The position numbers and the translations under genes are program-made. From a virus (lineage: Duplodnaviria > Caudoviricetes): a stretch of DNA of 44,593 bases. The stretch is taken from positions 1 through 44,593 of IMG/VR virus record IMGVR_UViG_3300032226_000446. One strand, given 5' to 3'. Shown in pieces: positions 7,712-15,989 of the stretch. The notes under the pieces were generated by a model that worked only from the letters and a program-made list of their open reading frames with translations, had not been told where the DNA came from and searched no databases. Numbering within the stretch: position 1 is the stretch's first letter; every line of letters begins with the position of its first letter.

Positions 7712-7984
7712 TTAGATGGTCATGCCAGCTGCTTTGGCTTTGTAGCCTAGGGCAACGATTTCACGGCTTGGCTTGCCAATGCTGTACTCAGTAACGGTAA
7801 CACCGTTGCCAGCTGTACGGCTGTTAGAATAAACAGCGTAACCGTTTTGACGGATACGGCTGGCTTCTGCGGCCAAATTGCCTACGCCAAAACGCTTCTT
7901 GGCTTCTGCTGGGGTCAATGACTCACCATGGTACAATGCGTTAAAAACTTTAAAAGTTTTGGTTTCTGGGTTCAAACGTTTCAT
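7712..7984 (-). CDS. small winged-helix/HTH DNA-binding protein
   Basis: ALYHGESLTPAEAKKRFGVGNLAAEASRIRQNGY pattern; own promoter; RBS AAAGGAAAC. Confidence 0.7.
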   Translation of the reverse strand: MKRLNPETKTFKVFNALYHGESLTPAEAKKRFGVGNLAAEASRIRQNGYAVYSNSRTAGNGVTVTEYSIGKPSREIVALGYKAKAAGMTI

Positions 7985-8038
7985 GTTTTAAGTTTCCTTT
8001 TTTAATATAGCTGATAAAAAGTTGTTCAGCGTGTTAGT

Positions 8039-8067
8039 ATTATATGACCTCACCCGATAAAAAGCAA
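8039..8067 (-). promoter_or_regulatory. sigma70 promoter TTGCTT-17-TATAAT
   Basis: -35 at 8062-8067, -10 at 8039-8044. Confidence 0.65.
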
Positions 8068-8086
8068 TGGGCAATTTCACCAATCA

Positions 8087-8284
8087 TCATTTCCTTACCT
8101 TCACACTGGGCACAGCTACGATGATCGCAGAGGCTAGCCATGTCCAAAACGTGTAGGGCAGCTGACTTCCAGGCCAAAGATGCTGTCCAAATTCGTTGAT
8201 GGCCCAGATAAAGGCCAACGGCCCTATGGCAACGAGGAATACTATCAAAGCCCCGATCCCAAGTAGTTTAAGCAGTGTAGGCAT
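8087..8284 (-). CDS. small membrane protein (2 TM)
   Basis: ORF track; hydrophobic; coupled to the upstream stop. Confidence 0.75.
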   Translation of the reverse strand: MPTLLKLLGIGALIVFLVAIGPLAFIWAINEFGQHLWPGSQLPYTFWTWLASAIIVAVPSVKVRK

Positions 8285-9381
8285 TAGTAGGCACCCTTCA
8301 TAACAGTTACCTTGGCCATGTTCTGCCAGTTAGTAGGAAAGCTCTTGCGCAGATCCGCTACTTTCAGTACAGTACGCAGACTCAATTCACGCATTTGGGC
8401 ACGATTAGTTTCGATGAAGTCCACAACCTCATCGCGAGCTACATCTTCCAATTCGTAGCTGTCCAACATGCCGTCTTTGACGATCTGTTTGATACGCAGT
8501 ACTTTCTCGCGATCTGTGTCCATTCTGAGATCGATGTAGTGGCAACGGCTTTCTAATGCGGCCAAGTGCTCCTGCAACTTCTTAGATCTGACGTTCTCGA
8601 ACTTCAAGTTAGTGATAAAGATAGCACCACCTTTGAACTCAAACTTGTCTGGGATGCCTTCTGAACGAAGCAGACGGCTGTCAGTGTTCCAAGAGATAGT
8701 ACGCTTCTTACTCGAATCCAAAGCGGCTTTTAGGATGTTCAGCGCAATGTCGTCTAACAAAATGCTGTCGCAGTCATCGAACACAAGGATGTTCTTTGCA
8801 TCGCTGTACTGATAGAGCTTAGAATACAGGCCAATGGCACTCATAGCACCTTTGACGATCTCGTAGCGTGGCTTACGCTCGCCCAAGGTATTGAACAGGT
8901 CGTCTTTGCTTAGTACTTCTTCAACACCAAACGATTTGCCCACACCTGGAGGGCCTGTAACGATCATAGCACGGACATCTCCGCCTTTGACAGCTTTGGT
9001 CATGTCTTTGAGGATCTCAAAGCGCAGTCGTGTGCGCTCGATGATCTCTTCATCGGTCTCATGTGCTACAGCCTCGTCTGAGACTTTGGCCTGTGTGAAG
9101 TCCGTGACTTCGGAACCTTTGGCGGGCTTCTTCAGAGCCTGAAGCATAGTTACTCCCTGTGGAATGGGTTTGGCTGAGCCAGCGGTGTTATAGGCACCCT
9201 GCCGGCACTTGATGCGGATTGAACGATCGGGAAAGCCTGGCTGTCCGCCACCTTCTACAGTGACATAGCCCTCACCGCTCTTGGAGACTTTATAGTCTTC
9301 TACTAGTTTAAAAGTCATACCCCCAACATTAGTGGGTTGACCCTTGATATTATACCAGCCCTCGGTAAATGTAATATACAC
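8284..9381 (-). CDS. P-loop/AAA ATPase domain protein
   Basis: GPPGVGKS, LVFDDCD, IFITN, ALESR; GTG start at 9381 behind the GGAGCGAA RBS. Confidence 0.85.
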   Translation of the reverse strand: MYITFTEGWYNIKGQPTNVGGMTFKLVEDYKVSKSGEGYVTVEGGGQPGFPDRSIRIKCRQGAYNTAGSAKPIPQGVTMLQALKKPAKGSEVTDFTQAKVSDEAVAHETDEEIIERTRLRFEILKDMTKAVKGGDVRAMIVTGPPGVGKSFGVEEVLSKDDLFNTLGERKPRYEIVKGAMSAIGLYSKLYQYSDAKNILVFDDCDSILLDDIALNILKAALDSSKKRTISWNTDSRLLRSEGIPDKFEFKGGAIFITNLKFENVRSKKLQEHLAALESRCHYIDLRMDTDREKVLRIKQIVKDGMLDSYELEDVARDEVVDFIETNRAQMRELSLRTVLKVADLRKSFPTNWQNMAKVTVMKGAY

Positions 9382-9414
9382 GTTTTCGCTCCTGTGTGTG
9401 TTCATCATTTTCGT

Positions 9415-9443
9415 AGTATACTGTCTCTGGACTCTGTTGTCAA
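9415..9443 (-). promoter_or_regulatory. sigma70 early promoter TTGACA-17-TATACT
   Basis: -35 at 9438-9443, -10 at 9415-9420. Confidence 0.88.
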
Positions 9444-9469
9444 GTCCGGAAACCCTTGCCCTTGTAGGG

Positions 9470-9889
9470 TTATTCTTCCTCTGCTATCAGCTGGTCAATG
9501 GTGTTAGCAGCTAGGGCATCAACCAAGGGTATCAGCCCACCTTTGATCAATCCGGGTGTGTCATAAACAGCACCCGCATACCAAACTCCGTCCCGCAAGA
9601 CGTAGTAGTACTCAGCACCACAGCTCTCGACCTGCTCGAGGAACTCTTCGAACGTGTGTGCGACCTGCCAGCTGACATCCGTCTCGCCACGATCAGAGTA
9701 GAAGTTCATTTCTTCTAGGGTCTCTTTGACACCCGAATTGTCGCCACGTGCTACCAGTGCATTGGCTAGGGTGGAGTCGTAGTGCTTGTTGAGGATCTCT
9801 CCAGTGTAGTCTAGATAGCCATCGTAGTGGCAGTAGACTGATTTGCAGACATCGCCATGCATGACAGCTACTCGTGAACGTGTACCCAT
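9470..9889 (-). CDS. conserved hypothetical phage protein
   Basis: MGTRSRVAV...SVYCHYDGY...EYYYV motifs; RBS and promoter present. Confidence 0.8.
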   Translation of the reverse strand: MGTRSRVAVMHGDVCKSVYCHYDGYLDYTGEILNKHYDSTLANALVARGDNSGVKETLEEMNFYSDRGETDVSWQVAHTFEEFLEQVESCGAEYYYVLRDGVWYAGAVYDTPGLIKGGLIPLVDALAANTIDQLIAEEE

Positions 9890-9920
9890 TTGTCGCTCCT
9901 TTTTGTTTAACTTAGCCTAT

Positions 9921-9949
9921 ATTATACCATCAACTGCTGCTGCTGTCAA
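9921..9949 (-). promoter_or_regulatory. sigma70 early promoter TTGACA-17-TATAAT
   Basis: -35 at 9944-9949, -10 at 9921-9926. Confidence 0.88.
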
Positions 9950-9951
9950 CT

Positions 9952-10257
9952 CTACATTGACCAGTAGAGCTCAGAGCTGGGATCGCAGCTTCTGGGGGTG
10001 TTGACACTCTGGGTGAACTCCTTGCCCGTCATAAGATTACGCTTGGTCACACGCTGTTCGATCACTGAGTGATACCACGCAGCTTCCGCAGCGGCCATCC
10101 ACGTCAGGGGATCATCTTCGTGCGCATTGCTGCCCGCGACGTAGGGGAAAGCCCTGACATATTTGTTATGGGCCCGGGTTATAGCTGCCTGTGCCGCAGC
10201 CGGTGTCTTGTAGCTGTTGACTATAGCTGATGAACGCCGATCGTATACGTACCACAT
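9952..10257 (-). CDS. conserved hypothetical phage protein
   Basis: C-terminal NLMTGKEF..SVNTPRSCDPSSELYWSM; start moved to MWYVYD behind the GGAGCGAA RBS. Confidence 0.8.
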   Translation of the reverse strand: MWYVYDRRSSAIVNSYKTPAAAQAAITRAHNKYVRAFPYVAGSNAHEDDPLTWMAAAEAAWYHSVIEQRVTKRNLMTGKEFTQSVNTPRSCDPSSELYWSM

Positions 10258-10309
10258 AGTTCGCTCCTTGTTGGTGTTTGTGGGGGCTCTCTCGTTGGCC
10301 CCCGCCACG

Positions 10310-10510
10310 TTACTGCTGTTGCTCTGCGAACATCTTACGGCCCGCATCCATGAACATAGTATACGCTACTCTGTCCTCTTTGTCAAGATCGTCCCAGCTG
10401 GCCCGCATTTCTCTGAGCCCTGCTAGTATGTCCCCGCCCGTGTGTGTTTCAGCATACTCTGTGACTAGGGTGCAGGCATCACTGATGTCCATATAAAGCG
10501 GTGTACCCAT
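10310..10510 (-). CDS. hypothetical protein
   Basis: ORF track; AGGAG RBS. Confidence 0.7.
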   Translation of the reverse strand: MGTPLYMDISDACTLVTEYAETHTGGDILAGLREMRASWDDLDKEDRVAYTMFMDAGRKMFAEQQQ

Positions 10511-10511
10511 A

Positions 10512-10832
10512 TCAATCTCCTCTGGTGTCTGTGTTAAGGGTGGGCCTAAGGGCTCTGCGCAACTCTACTTCACGACGATGTGCATCACTCTTGCCTCGGA
10601 CGATCTCGTGTACGATGATCTCGATGTCTTCTTTTGATGCCAGCTCGCGTAGCGCAGAGCATAACAGCCACTGTTTGGTTTCAGTCCGGGCCCTATAGTA
10701 GTGTTTGGCTGCTCTAGCACGTACACTCTTTAATACAGTGGTCTCTGTCTTGGCAGTGACGCCAATGTAATTGCCCTGCGGTAGTCGCAGTTCATAGATG
10801 ATGTGATTTCTGTCAGTTCTTTTCGCTCTCAT
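10512..10832 (-). CDS. GIY-YIG nuclease-domain protein
   Basis: HIIYEL...NYIGVT, R...H, conserved E and LN; start at MRAKRTDRNH. Confidence 0.65.
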   Translation of the reverse strand: MRAKRTDRNHIIYELRLPQGNYIGVTAKTETTVLKSVRARAAKHYYRARTETKQWLLCSALRELASKEDIEIIVHEIVRGKSDAHRREVELRRALRPTLNTDTRGD

Positions 10833-10841
10833 AGTTTGTAT

Positions 10842-10870
10842 ATTATAGCACCAGTGCCAAGGCCTGTCAA
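10842..10870 (-). promoter_or_regulatory. sigma70 early promoter TTGACA-17-TATAAT
   Basis: -35 at 10865-10870, -10 at 10842-10847. Confidence 0.88.
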
Positions 10871-11004
10871 CCAATCACAGCGATCTCGTGGCCACCCAGA
10901 ACAACACAGCAGCTGCCGCGAACACAGCCGCGAAGATCCCACACTGCTGCAGTGTGGTAGTACGTGCCCATATGCTGCTCTTGTCGTCCATGACGGCTCC
11001 ATTA

Positions 11005-11080
11005 TGGCGCGACCGGGAGGGATCGAACCTCCGACCCACAGCTTAGAAGGCTGTTGCTCTATCCACTGAGCTACGGTCGC
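11005..11080 (-). tRNA. tRNA-Arg(UCU)
   Basis: Cloverleaf GCGACCG...CGGTCGC-G-CCA; anticodon arm ACAGC-CT-TCT-AA-GCTGT; GTTCGA T-loop. Confidence 0.96.
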
Positions 11081-11100
11081 ATGCTGCTGCTCGCAGTGTT

Positions 11101-11178
<78 letters not shown>

Positions 11179-11196
11179 GTATGCTGCTAGGTAACG

Positions 11197-11511
11197 TTAA
11201 TCTGGTGTTGACCCCTCGTGATCATCTTCAGCTGCTATCATACCCTCTGCACGATAGTCTTCTGTAACACTCGCCGCCATCTCATGCTGCTTGAGCATCT
11301 TATATAAGGGTTCCATACGCTGCTGTACAACGTGAGGGGCTGCTAGTTCTAGCTGCTGTAGATCATAGCTGCCTGGATAGTGTCTCAGCGCACTGGCCGC
11401 CCTGGTTCGGATCCCCCGAGGAACCCTAGGAGTCACCTTAGAATCACAGAGGTCCCGTAACAGCTGCTCAGCCATTTTGATTGCACGATATCGCTCATCT
11501 GGTAATGTCAT
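11197..11511 (-). CDS. hypothetical protein resembling the BPSL0761 family
   Basis: MTLPDERYRA...A...LRHYP motif; alternative leaderless start at 11550. Confidence 0.65.
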   Translation of the reverse strand: MTLPDERYRAIKMAEQLLRDLCDSKVTPRVPRGIRTRAASALRHYPGSYDLQQLELAAPHVVQQRMEPLYKMLKQHEMAASVTEDYRAEGMIAAEDDHEGSTPD

Positions 11512-11556
11512 TGATTCTCTCGCTTTAGATAACCGCTTTTTCTTAAGCATGTGTGT

Positions 11557-11585
11557 ATTATACTGTGAATGTCTGCGTGTGTCAA
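11557..11585 (-). promoter_or_regulatory. sigma70 early promoter TTGACA-17-TATAAT
   Basis: -35 at 11580-11585, -10 at 11557-11562. Confidence 0.88.
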
Positions 11586-11601
11586 CTCCCAGCAGCGGGG
11601 C

Positions 11602-11751
11602 CTATAGCCAAAATGCCAGAGAAACAGCCAGCATACAGTAGACTGTGCGCCTAGAGTCACGCCGATGCTGCCAGGACTCCGCAGAGGCGGCTTCCACTGT
11701 GAGTATCAGTATCCAAGGCAGTAGGCTGAGCATGCAGGCCAAATTGATCAC
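11602..11751 (-). CDS. 49-aa two-TM microprotein
   Basis: Not in ORF track; GTG start behind GGGAGCGA at 11755-11762. Confidence 0.5.
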   Translation of the reverse strand: MINLACMLSLLPWILILTVEAASAESWQHRRDSRRTVYCMLAVSLAFWL

Positions 11752-11839
11752 GAGTCGCTCCCTGTGTTATACTGTATATATACAGCCTGAGATCTCGCAG
11801 CGGGGCCACCGTTCAGAACGGTCCAGGAGCGGTCTCCAC

Positions 11840-12090
11840 GGTGAGAAATGGTGTCGAATGGTGTGAAATCGGGTGATCGCACAGTGCGATCACAGTAGAT
11901 CTATCGTGGCCTCATGGTGGATTGACAGACTATGCTCAAATGGTCACACAATTCTGCACTTTTCCACACAAATCCACACGAAAATACACTTTCCTAGAAT
12001 TTGGTTTAACTATAAACACACGCAGCGGGGCCTATATCTAGGCCGCTGTCAACTCCAGGGTCAGTAAATCACACAAAACCACACTTACTG
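11840..12090. repeat. non-coding region with 10-bp phased GTG/CAC repeats in opposite orientations
   Basis: GTGAGAAATG/GTGTCGAATG/GTGTGAAATC at 11841-11870; five CAC-containing 10-mers at 11941-11990; two more at about 12067-12086. Confidence 0.55.
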
Positions 12091-12101
12091 ACTGTGTTTT
12101 C

Positions 12102-12383
12102 CTAGAATTTCCCCTGTGTTTCTTCACAAATAGTACCTATGTCACACAAGTGTTCTATCGTATCTTCTTCAATGACCCACGTGGCAGTCACTCTATCACC
12201 CCCAGGCAGTCTACACAGTTCCACTTCCCAATTGTCTCTGAGTTCACAGCGTTCTAGCCTTTGATCAAAGCCCAAGAGCCTGTTACGGGCTCGCTGGGCT
12301 ATTCGGGCTCCGGCCCGACTCAGATAGTAACGCTCACGTTCTCCAGTATCTCTGTGCGTTAGATAATAAACGGTCTTAGGCAT
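12102..12383 (-). CDS. hypothetical protein
   Basis: ORF track. Confidence 0.6.
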   Translation of the reverse strand: MPKTVYYLTHRDTGERERYYLSRAGARIAQRARNRLLGFDQRLERCELRDNWEVELCRLPGGDRVTATWVIEEDTIEHLCDIGTICEETQGKF

Positions 12384-12484
12384 AGTGCTAACGCAAGCGT
12401 AATCACTGTGGGTTTAGCTAATTGGTATAGTGTCCATGCGGTAACTAGAACGCTAAACTCTAGGGCTTCAACAATAGTTCTCAT
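12359..12484 (-). CDS. 41-aa hydrophobic microprotein
   Basis: Not in ORF track; preceded by TAAGTA (late-promoter variant) 5 nt upstream. Confidence 0.4.
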   Translation of the reverse strand: MRTIVEALEFSVLVTAWTLYQLAKPTVITLALALCLRPFII

Positions 12485-12565
12485 ACTAGTACTTATTAGC
12501 GGCCTGCTAAATTAAATCTCTTGCGGCCCGCATGCTTTTGGTCCACGCCGAGTAAATATGTCAGT

Positions 12566-12754
12566 ATGCTATATACCTTTGCGTTCACTGAACCCGAGCT
12601 GCTGCGTGTCGATGACTATCTAGCCACTTTACCTAGTGAACACAGCCATCAGCGTATACTGGGAGTCGAGCCCGGTGTCACGGCAGATCTAATCTGGGTT
12701 ACCATAGACTGCACAGCGCCTACAGCCATATGGATTGGACTGGCTATCCTATGA
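12566..12754 (+). CDS. hypothetical protein
   Basis: ATG 7 nt after TAAATA (12553-12558); ATGA overlap with the next gene. Confidence 0.6.
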   Translation: MLYTFAFTEPELLRVDDYLATLPSEHSHQRILGVEPGVTADLIWVTIDCTAPTAIWIGLAIL

Positions 12755-12957
12755 ACTATCTACTCTGCTATCGTTATGCCGCATGGACCGAAGACTCTGA
12801 TGTTGACTCAGTGTGGGAGTTTGTGCAACGTCACGGAGGCCATATAGAACAACTGCAGGACACTGTGGACTTTTACATACCCGATCAGTACCAGAGTTTT
12901 TTGCTCATGCGTTTTCCCGGACTGCGAGCCATTCCAGCTTTGGACTATGTGATCTAG
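12751..12957 (+). CDS. hypothetical protein
   Basis: Start moved to MNYLLC. Confidence 0.65.
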   Translation: MNYLLCYRYAAWTEDSDVDSVWEFVQRHGGHIEQLQDTVDFYIPDQYQSFLLMRFPGLRAIPALDYVI

Positions 12958-13200
12958 TCCGTGGACTATATACTGGATGTATGAAGGTCCCCCACCAGAG
13001 TTTCAACTCTGTGATGTTCTCGTAGTTCTCGTAGTCGTTGTTTTATTCACAATTTTCTTTGTGTTTTAAATCGCTACCGCTGCTGCTTCGCAGCTAGAAA
13101 AATTGCGCTGCGCTCCGCGAGAAAAAAATTCGCGCCCCTCCGGGTCTGTTGACTCTGCCAGAAACCACCCCAGCTCTGTCTGTGACCTAGTAAATACCAG

Positions 13201-13821
13201 ATGACAGTTGCTCTAGAACAAAATCACGTCCGCGTTGTGGATCACGCTCTCACAGGAGAGTTCTGTGATCAGTTGGTCACAGCCTTTGAACAGTGCAGTC
13301 GTTGGCACAAAGAGCGCCCCGGAGACTGGGCCAAACTCATAGAGCTGGATCTCAACAGCAGGCACGGCCAGTTGCTGGCTCACAATCGTGGCCAACCCTG
13401 GGTTAAAGCCCGTGGCACACATGAATATGATTTCACTGAGGACTGCGAACGACTACTGGCCGTGACTACTGCGCAGGCACAGGCCTATAGAGATCGCTGG
13501 GACCCCCTCAGGATGATGCCCGAAACATGGTCCGCGGAGAGTTTCCGCATCAAGTGCTATAGACCCAACGGCCGTCACGAGTTTAAGCTACACGCAGATG
13601 GTGTGGGCCGAGAACAGTGCAGCCGATTCGTTAGCTTTCTCTACTATTTGAACGATTCTGATGCGGGCACAGAGTTTCCCCAGCTGGGCCTCACTGTTGA
13701 GGCACGACGGGGTCGGCTCTTGATGTTTCCACCTACTTGGACCTACCCCCATCGCGGACTCATGCCCGGGGACGGTCGTACCAAATACATACTCAGCACC
13801 TATCTACACTATGTTGAATAA
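13201..13821 (+). CDS. 2OG-Fe(II) oxygenase (prolyl-hydroxylase-like)
   Basis: HAD facial triad, YLND, GTEFP, FPPTWTYPH, KYILSTY. Confidence 0.88.
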   Translation: MTVALEQNHVRVVDHALTGEFCDQLVTAFEQCSRWHKERPGDWAKLIELDLNSRHGQLLAHNRGQPWVKARGTHEYDFTEDCERLLAVTTAQAQAYRDRWDPLRMMPETWSAESFRIKCYRPNGRHEFKLHADGVGREQCSRFVSFLYYLNDSDAGTEFPQLGLTVEARRGRLLMFPPTWTYPHRGLMPGDGRTKYILSTYLHYVE

Positions 13822-14380
13822 CTGTTTTACAACGCCCATATGGGTAGAAGATCTCCGTGGCCCTGTGCGATCACAGATAGACACAGAGATAGAACGCAGC
13901 CTGGGTTGGGCTCGAGCAGAACCCACACCCTGGGAAGAGCTGGGCTCTACTACCTTTAGTTTTGAGGGCTGCAATGATGTCATCAAGTTTCGCATGGACA
14001 CCTTGGCCCAGACCCTAGAGCGGTCTGTCAGTGAATTCTGTACAGCCGTGGGCTATGGTCTACCCGCACCCCAGCTGGTTGACTCCTGGTTGAATTGGTA
14101 TGGGCAGGGTGATTTTATGTTTGAACACATACACCCTGATAGACTGATCTCGGGCTGCTACTATCATAGGGTACCCGAGGGTTCAGGTCTGCTCAAGTTC
14201 AAGAACCCCAACCCTCTGATGCAGTGGAAGGCCTGGCCCGCGGATCGCTGCCGCGATCAGGACTTTAGGGTAGAACCCCGTGAGGGTCGATTGGTCTTGT
14301 TCCCTAGCTGGCTGACTCACAGGGTGGCGCCTAATCTAGGCACAGACACTAGGGTCAGCTTGGCCTTTAATTGGAGATAA
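13811..14380 (+). CDS. putative 2OG-Fe(II) oxygenase, TIGR02466-like
   Basis: SWLN, HIH, ISGCYY, FPSWLTH.V, RVSLAFN. Confidence 0.85.
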   Translation: MLNNCFTTPIWVEDLRGPVRSQIDTEIERSLGWARAEPTPWEELGSTTFSFEGCNDVIKFRMDTLAQTLERSVSEFCTAVGYGLPAPQLVDSWLNWYGQGDFMFEHIHPDRLISGCYYHRVPEGSGLLKFKNPNPLMQWKAWPADRCRDQDFRVEPREGRLVLFPSWLTHRVAPNLGTDTRVSLAFNWR

Positions 14381-14384
14381 CATC

Positions 14385-14960
14385 GTGAAGAATCTATTGC
14401 TGACACTGTTTCCTTCGCCTGTGATGATCTGGGATCTCGAGGCCACAGAGCTGGCTGTGATCAGTGCTGCCATTGATCAAGCAGAAGCCCAGAGCCAACG
14501 TCACTGGGACCTGGGCCGCCACAGTGTAGAAACCAGCTATAACCCCCAGGGTGTCAACGACATCATAGACCTAGGCATACAACCCCTGGCCGATGCCATA
14601 CATCAGTGCCAGCGGAGATATTTTGAACGTCTAGGCAGCCCGCCCAAAGATCTCAAGATCGTTGAATCGTGGTTCAATTGGTACAGTGTTGGGGGCTACA
14701 TGGGCGACCATGAACATCCTACCTGCACGGTATCAGGAGTTTATTATCATAGAGCAGAAGAGGATACCGCGGGCACTCTTTGTTTCCGTAACCCTAACCC
14801 TGTGATATTAAATAAGCTGTGGCCCGCAGATGTAGAGGGCATGGAGATAGTAGAAATACCCCCGCAACCAGGACGCTTGGTGATGTTTCCTAGTTGGATG
14901 ACACATTCTGTGAACAGGGTGGAAAACACCAAGACCAGTATCAGTTTTAACATGAGATAA
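14385..14960 (+). CDS. putative 2OG-Fe(II) oxygenase, TIGR02466-like
   Basis: SWFN, HEH, VSGVYY, FPSWMTHSV, SISFN. Confidence 0.85.
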   Translation: MKNLLLTLFPSPVMIWDLEATELAVISAAIDQAEAQSQRHWDLGRHSVETSYNPQGVNDIIDLGIQPLADAIHQCQRRYFERLGSPPKDLKIVESWFNWYSVGGYMGDHEHPTCTVSGVYYHRAEEDTAGTLCFRNPNPVILNKLWPADVEGMEIVEIPPQPGRLVMFPSWMTHSVNRVENTKTSISFNMR

Positions 14961-14966
14961 TATACA

Positions 14967-15590
14967 ATGAGCTTAGAAAATTTATTCAGTATGCCCGTAT
15001 GGGTACACGACTTCGAGGGACAGGCCCTAGCAGAGATTGACGCAGAAATCGATCAATGCTGGCCTCGACTGAGTTTTAGAAAAGACCAAGTCCGGCATCA
15101 GCTGCTGACCACATTCGACTCCAATGGAGTCAATGACATAGTAAAAAACGATCTTAGGACCTTTGCGAGACATGTCTGGGACAATGTCTCGGTCTATTTT
15201 GATTCCATCAAATGCCCGCCCTGCGATCTAGAAATACAGGAAAGTTGGTTCAATCGCTATCAAAAGGGCTTCTTCATGTATGATCATGAACATCCCACCG
15301 GAGTGATCTCAGGAGTCTACTATCATCGAGCAGAACCAGAAGATGGTGGAGACTTTTACTTCCGCAACCCTAACCCATTGATGTTAAACCGTATGTGGCC
15401 TGGAGATCAGCTTAAAGAATATCAGACCTATAAGATCGAAGCAAAAACTGGCCGTTTGATACTATTCCCAGGATGGCTCACACATTCTGTGATGCCAGTG
15501 ACTGGTGATCGAGAAAAAATAAGCCTCAGCTTTAATCTAGCACATCCCATGAAAAAGGCCGACCTAGGACCACATTACTTTCCTAGCTAA
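14967..15590 (+). CDS. putative 2OG-Fe(II) oxygenase, TIGR02466-like
   Basis: SWFN, HEH, ISGVYY, FPGWLTHSV, ISLSFN. Confidence 0.85.
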   Translation: MSLENLFSMPVWVHDFEGQALAEIDAEIDQCWPRLSFRKDQVRHQLLTTFDSNGVNDIVKNDLRTFARHVWDNVSVYFDSIKCPPCDLEIQESWFNRYQKGFFMYDHEHPTGVISGVYYHRAEPEDGGDFYFRNPNPLMLNRMWPGDQLKEYQTYKIEAKTGRLILFPGWLTHSVMPVTGDREKISLSFNLAHPMKKADLGPHYFPS

Positions 15591-15605
15591 TTGGTAAATA
15601 TCTTT

Positions 15606-15989
15606 ATGACTAAGATATTATTGGCTCTACTCACAGCATTCACAGTCACAGGCTGTGCTACGGTGCAGTCTTGGATACCATCATTCTGGGACGACAATCA
15701 AAGTGCGTATATTATCACAGCTAGGCTGTCGGTGGAACGCATCAACTGTGCAGACCCACAACTGGCCCAGGTTCGAGTACTAGCAGAAGATCTACGCAGA
15801 TTCGAACTGTATTCAGAAGCCAAGGGATCTCTACAACGAGATGTCCTGCGGGTGATAGAGCCCATGCAGAGTACAGTCAAAGAATGGACCACACGCGGAG
15901 AAGGTAGTAAAACCTACTGCGAACTAAAGAAGAAGCTGTTGACACAACAGGGTGAGCGAGCCAGCAAAGTCATCCTAGGAAGATGGTAA
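15606..15989 (+). CDS. lipoprotein
   Basis: Signal peptide with lipobox VTGC; TAAATA at 15595-15600. Confidence 0.75.
   Translation: MTKILLALLTAFTVTGCATVQSWIPSFWDDNQSAYIITARLSVERINCADPQLAQVRVLAEDLRRFELYSEAKGSLQRDVLRVIEPMQSTVKEWTTRGEGSKTYCELKKKLLTQQGERASKVILGRW

Noticed and set aside
8-10698. Many 60-170 aa plus-strand or alternative-frame ORFs (e.g. 66..266, 578..844, 2361..2723, 4667..5179, 7044..7442, 8..193, 3981..4163)
   Set aside because: They are antisense or out-of-frame shadows of better-supported minus-strand genes that have promoters, RBSs and coupling.
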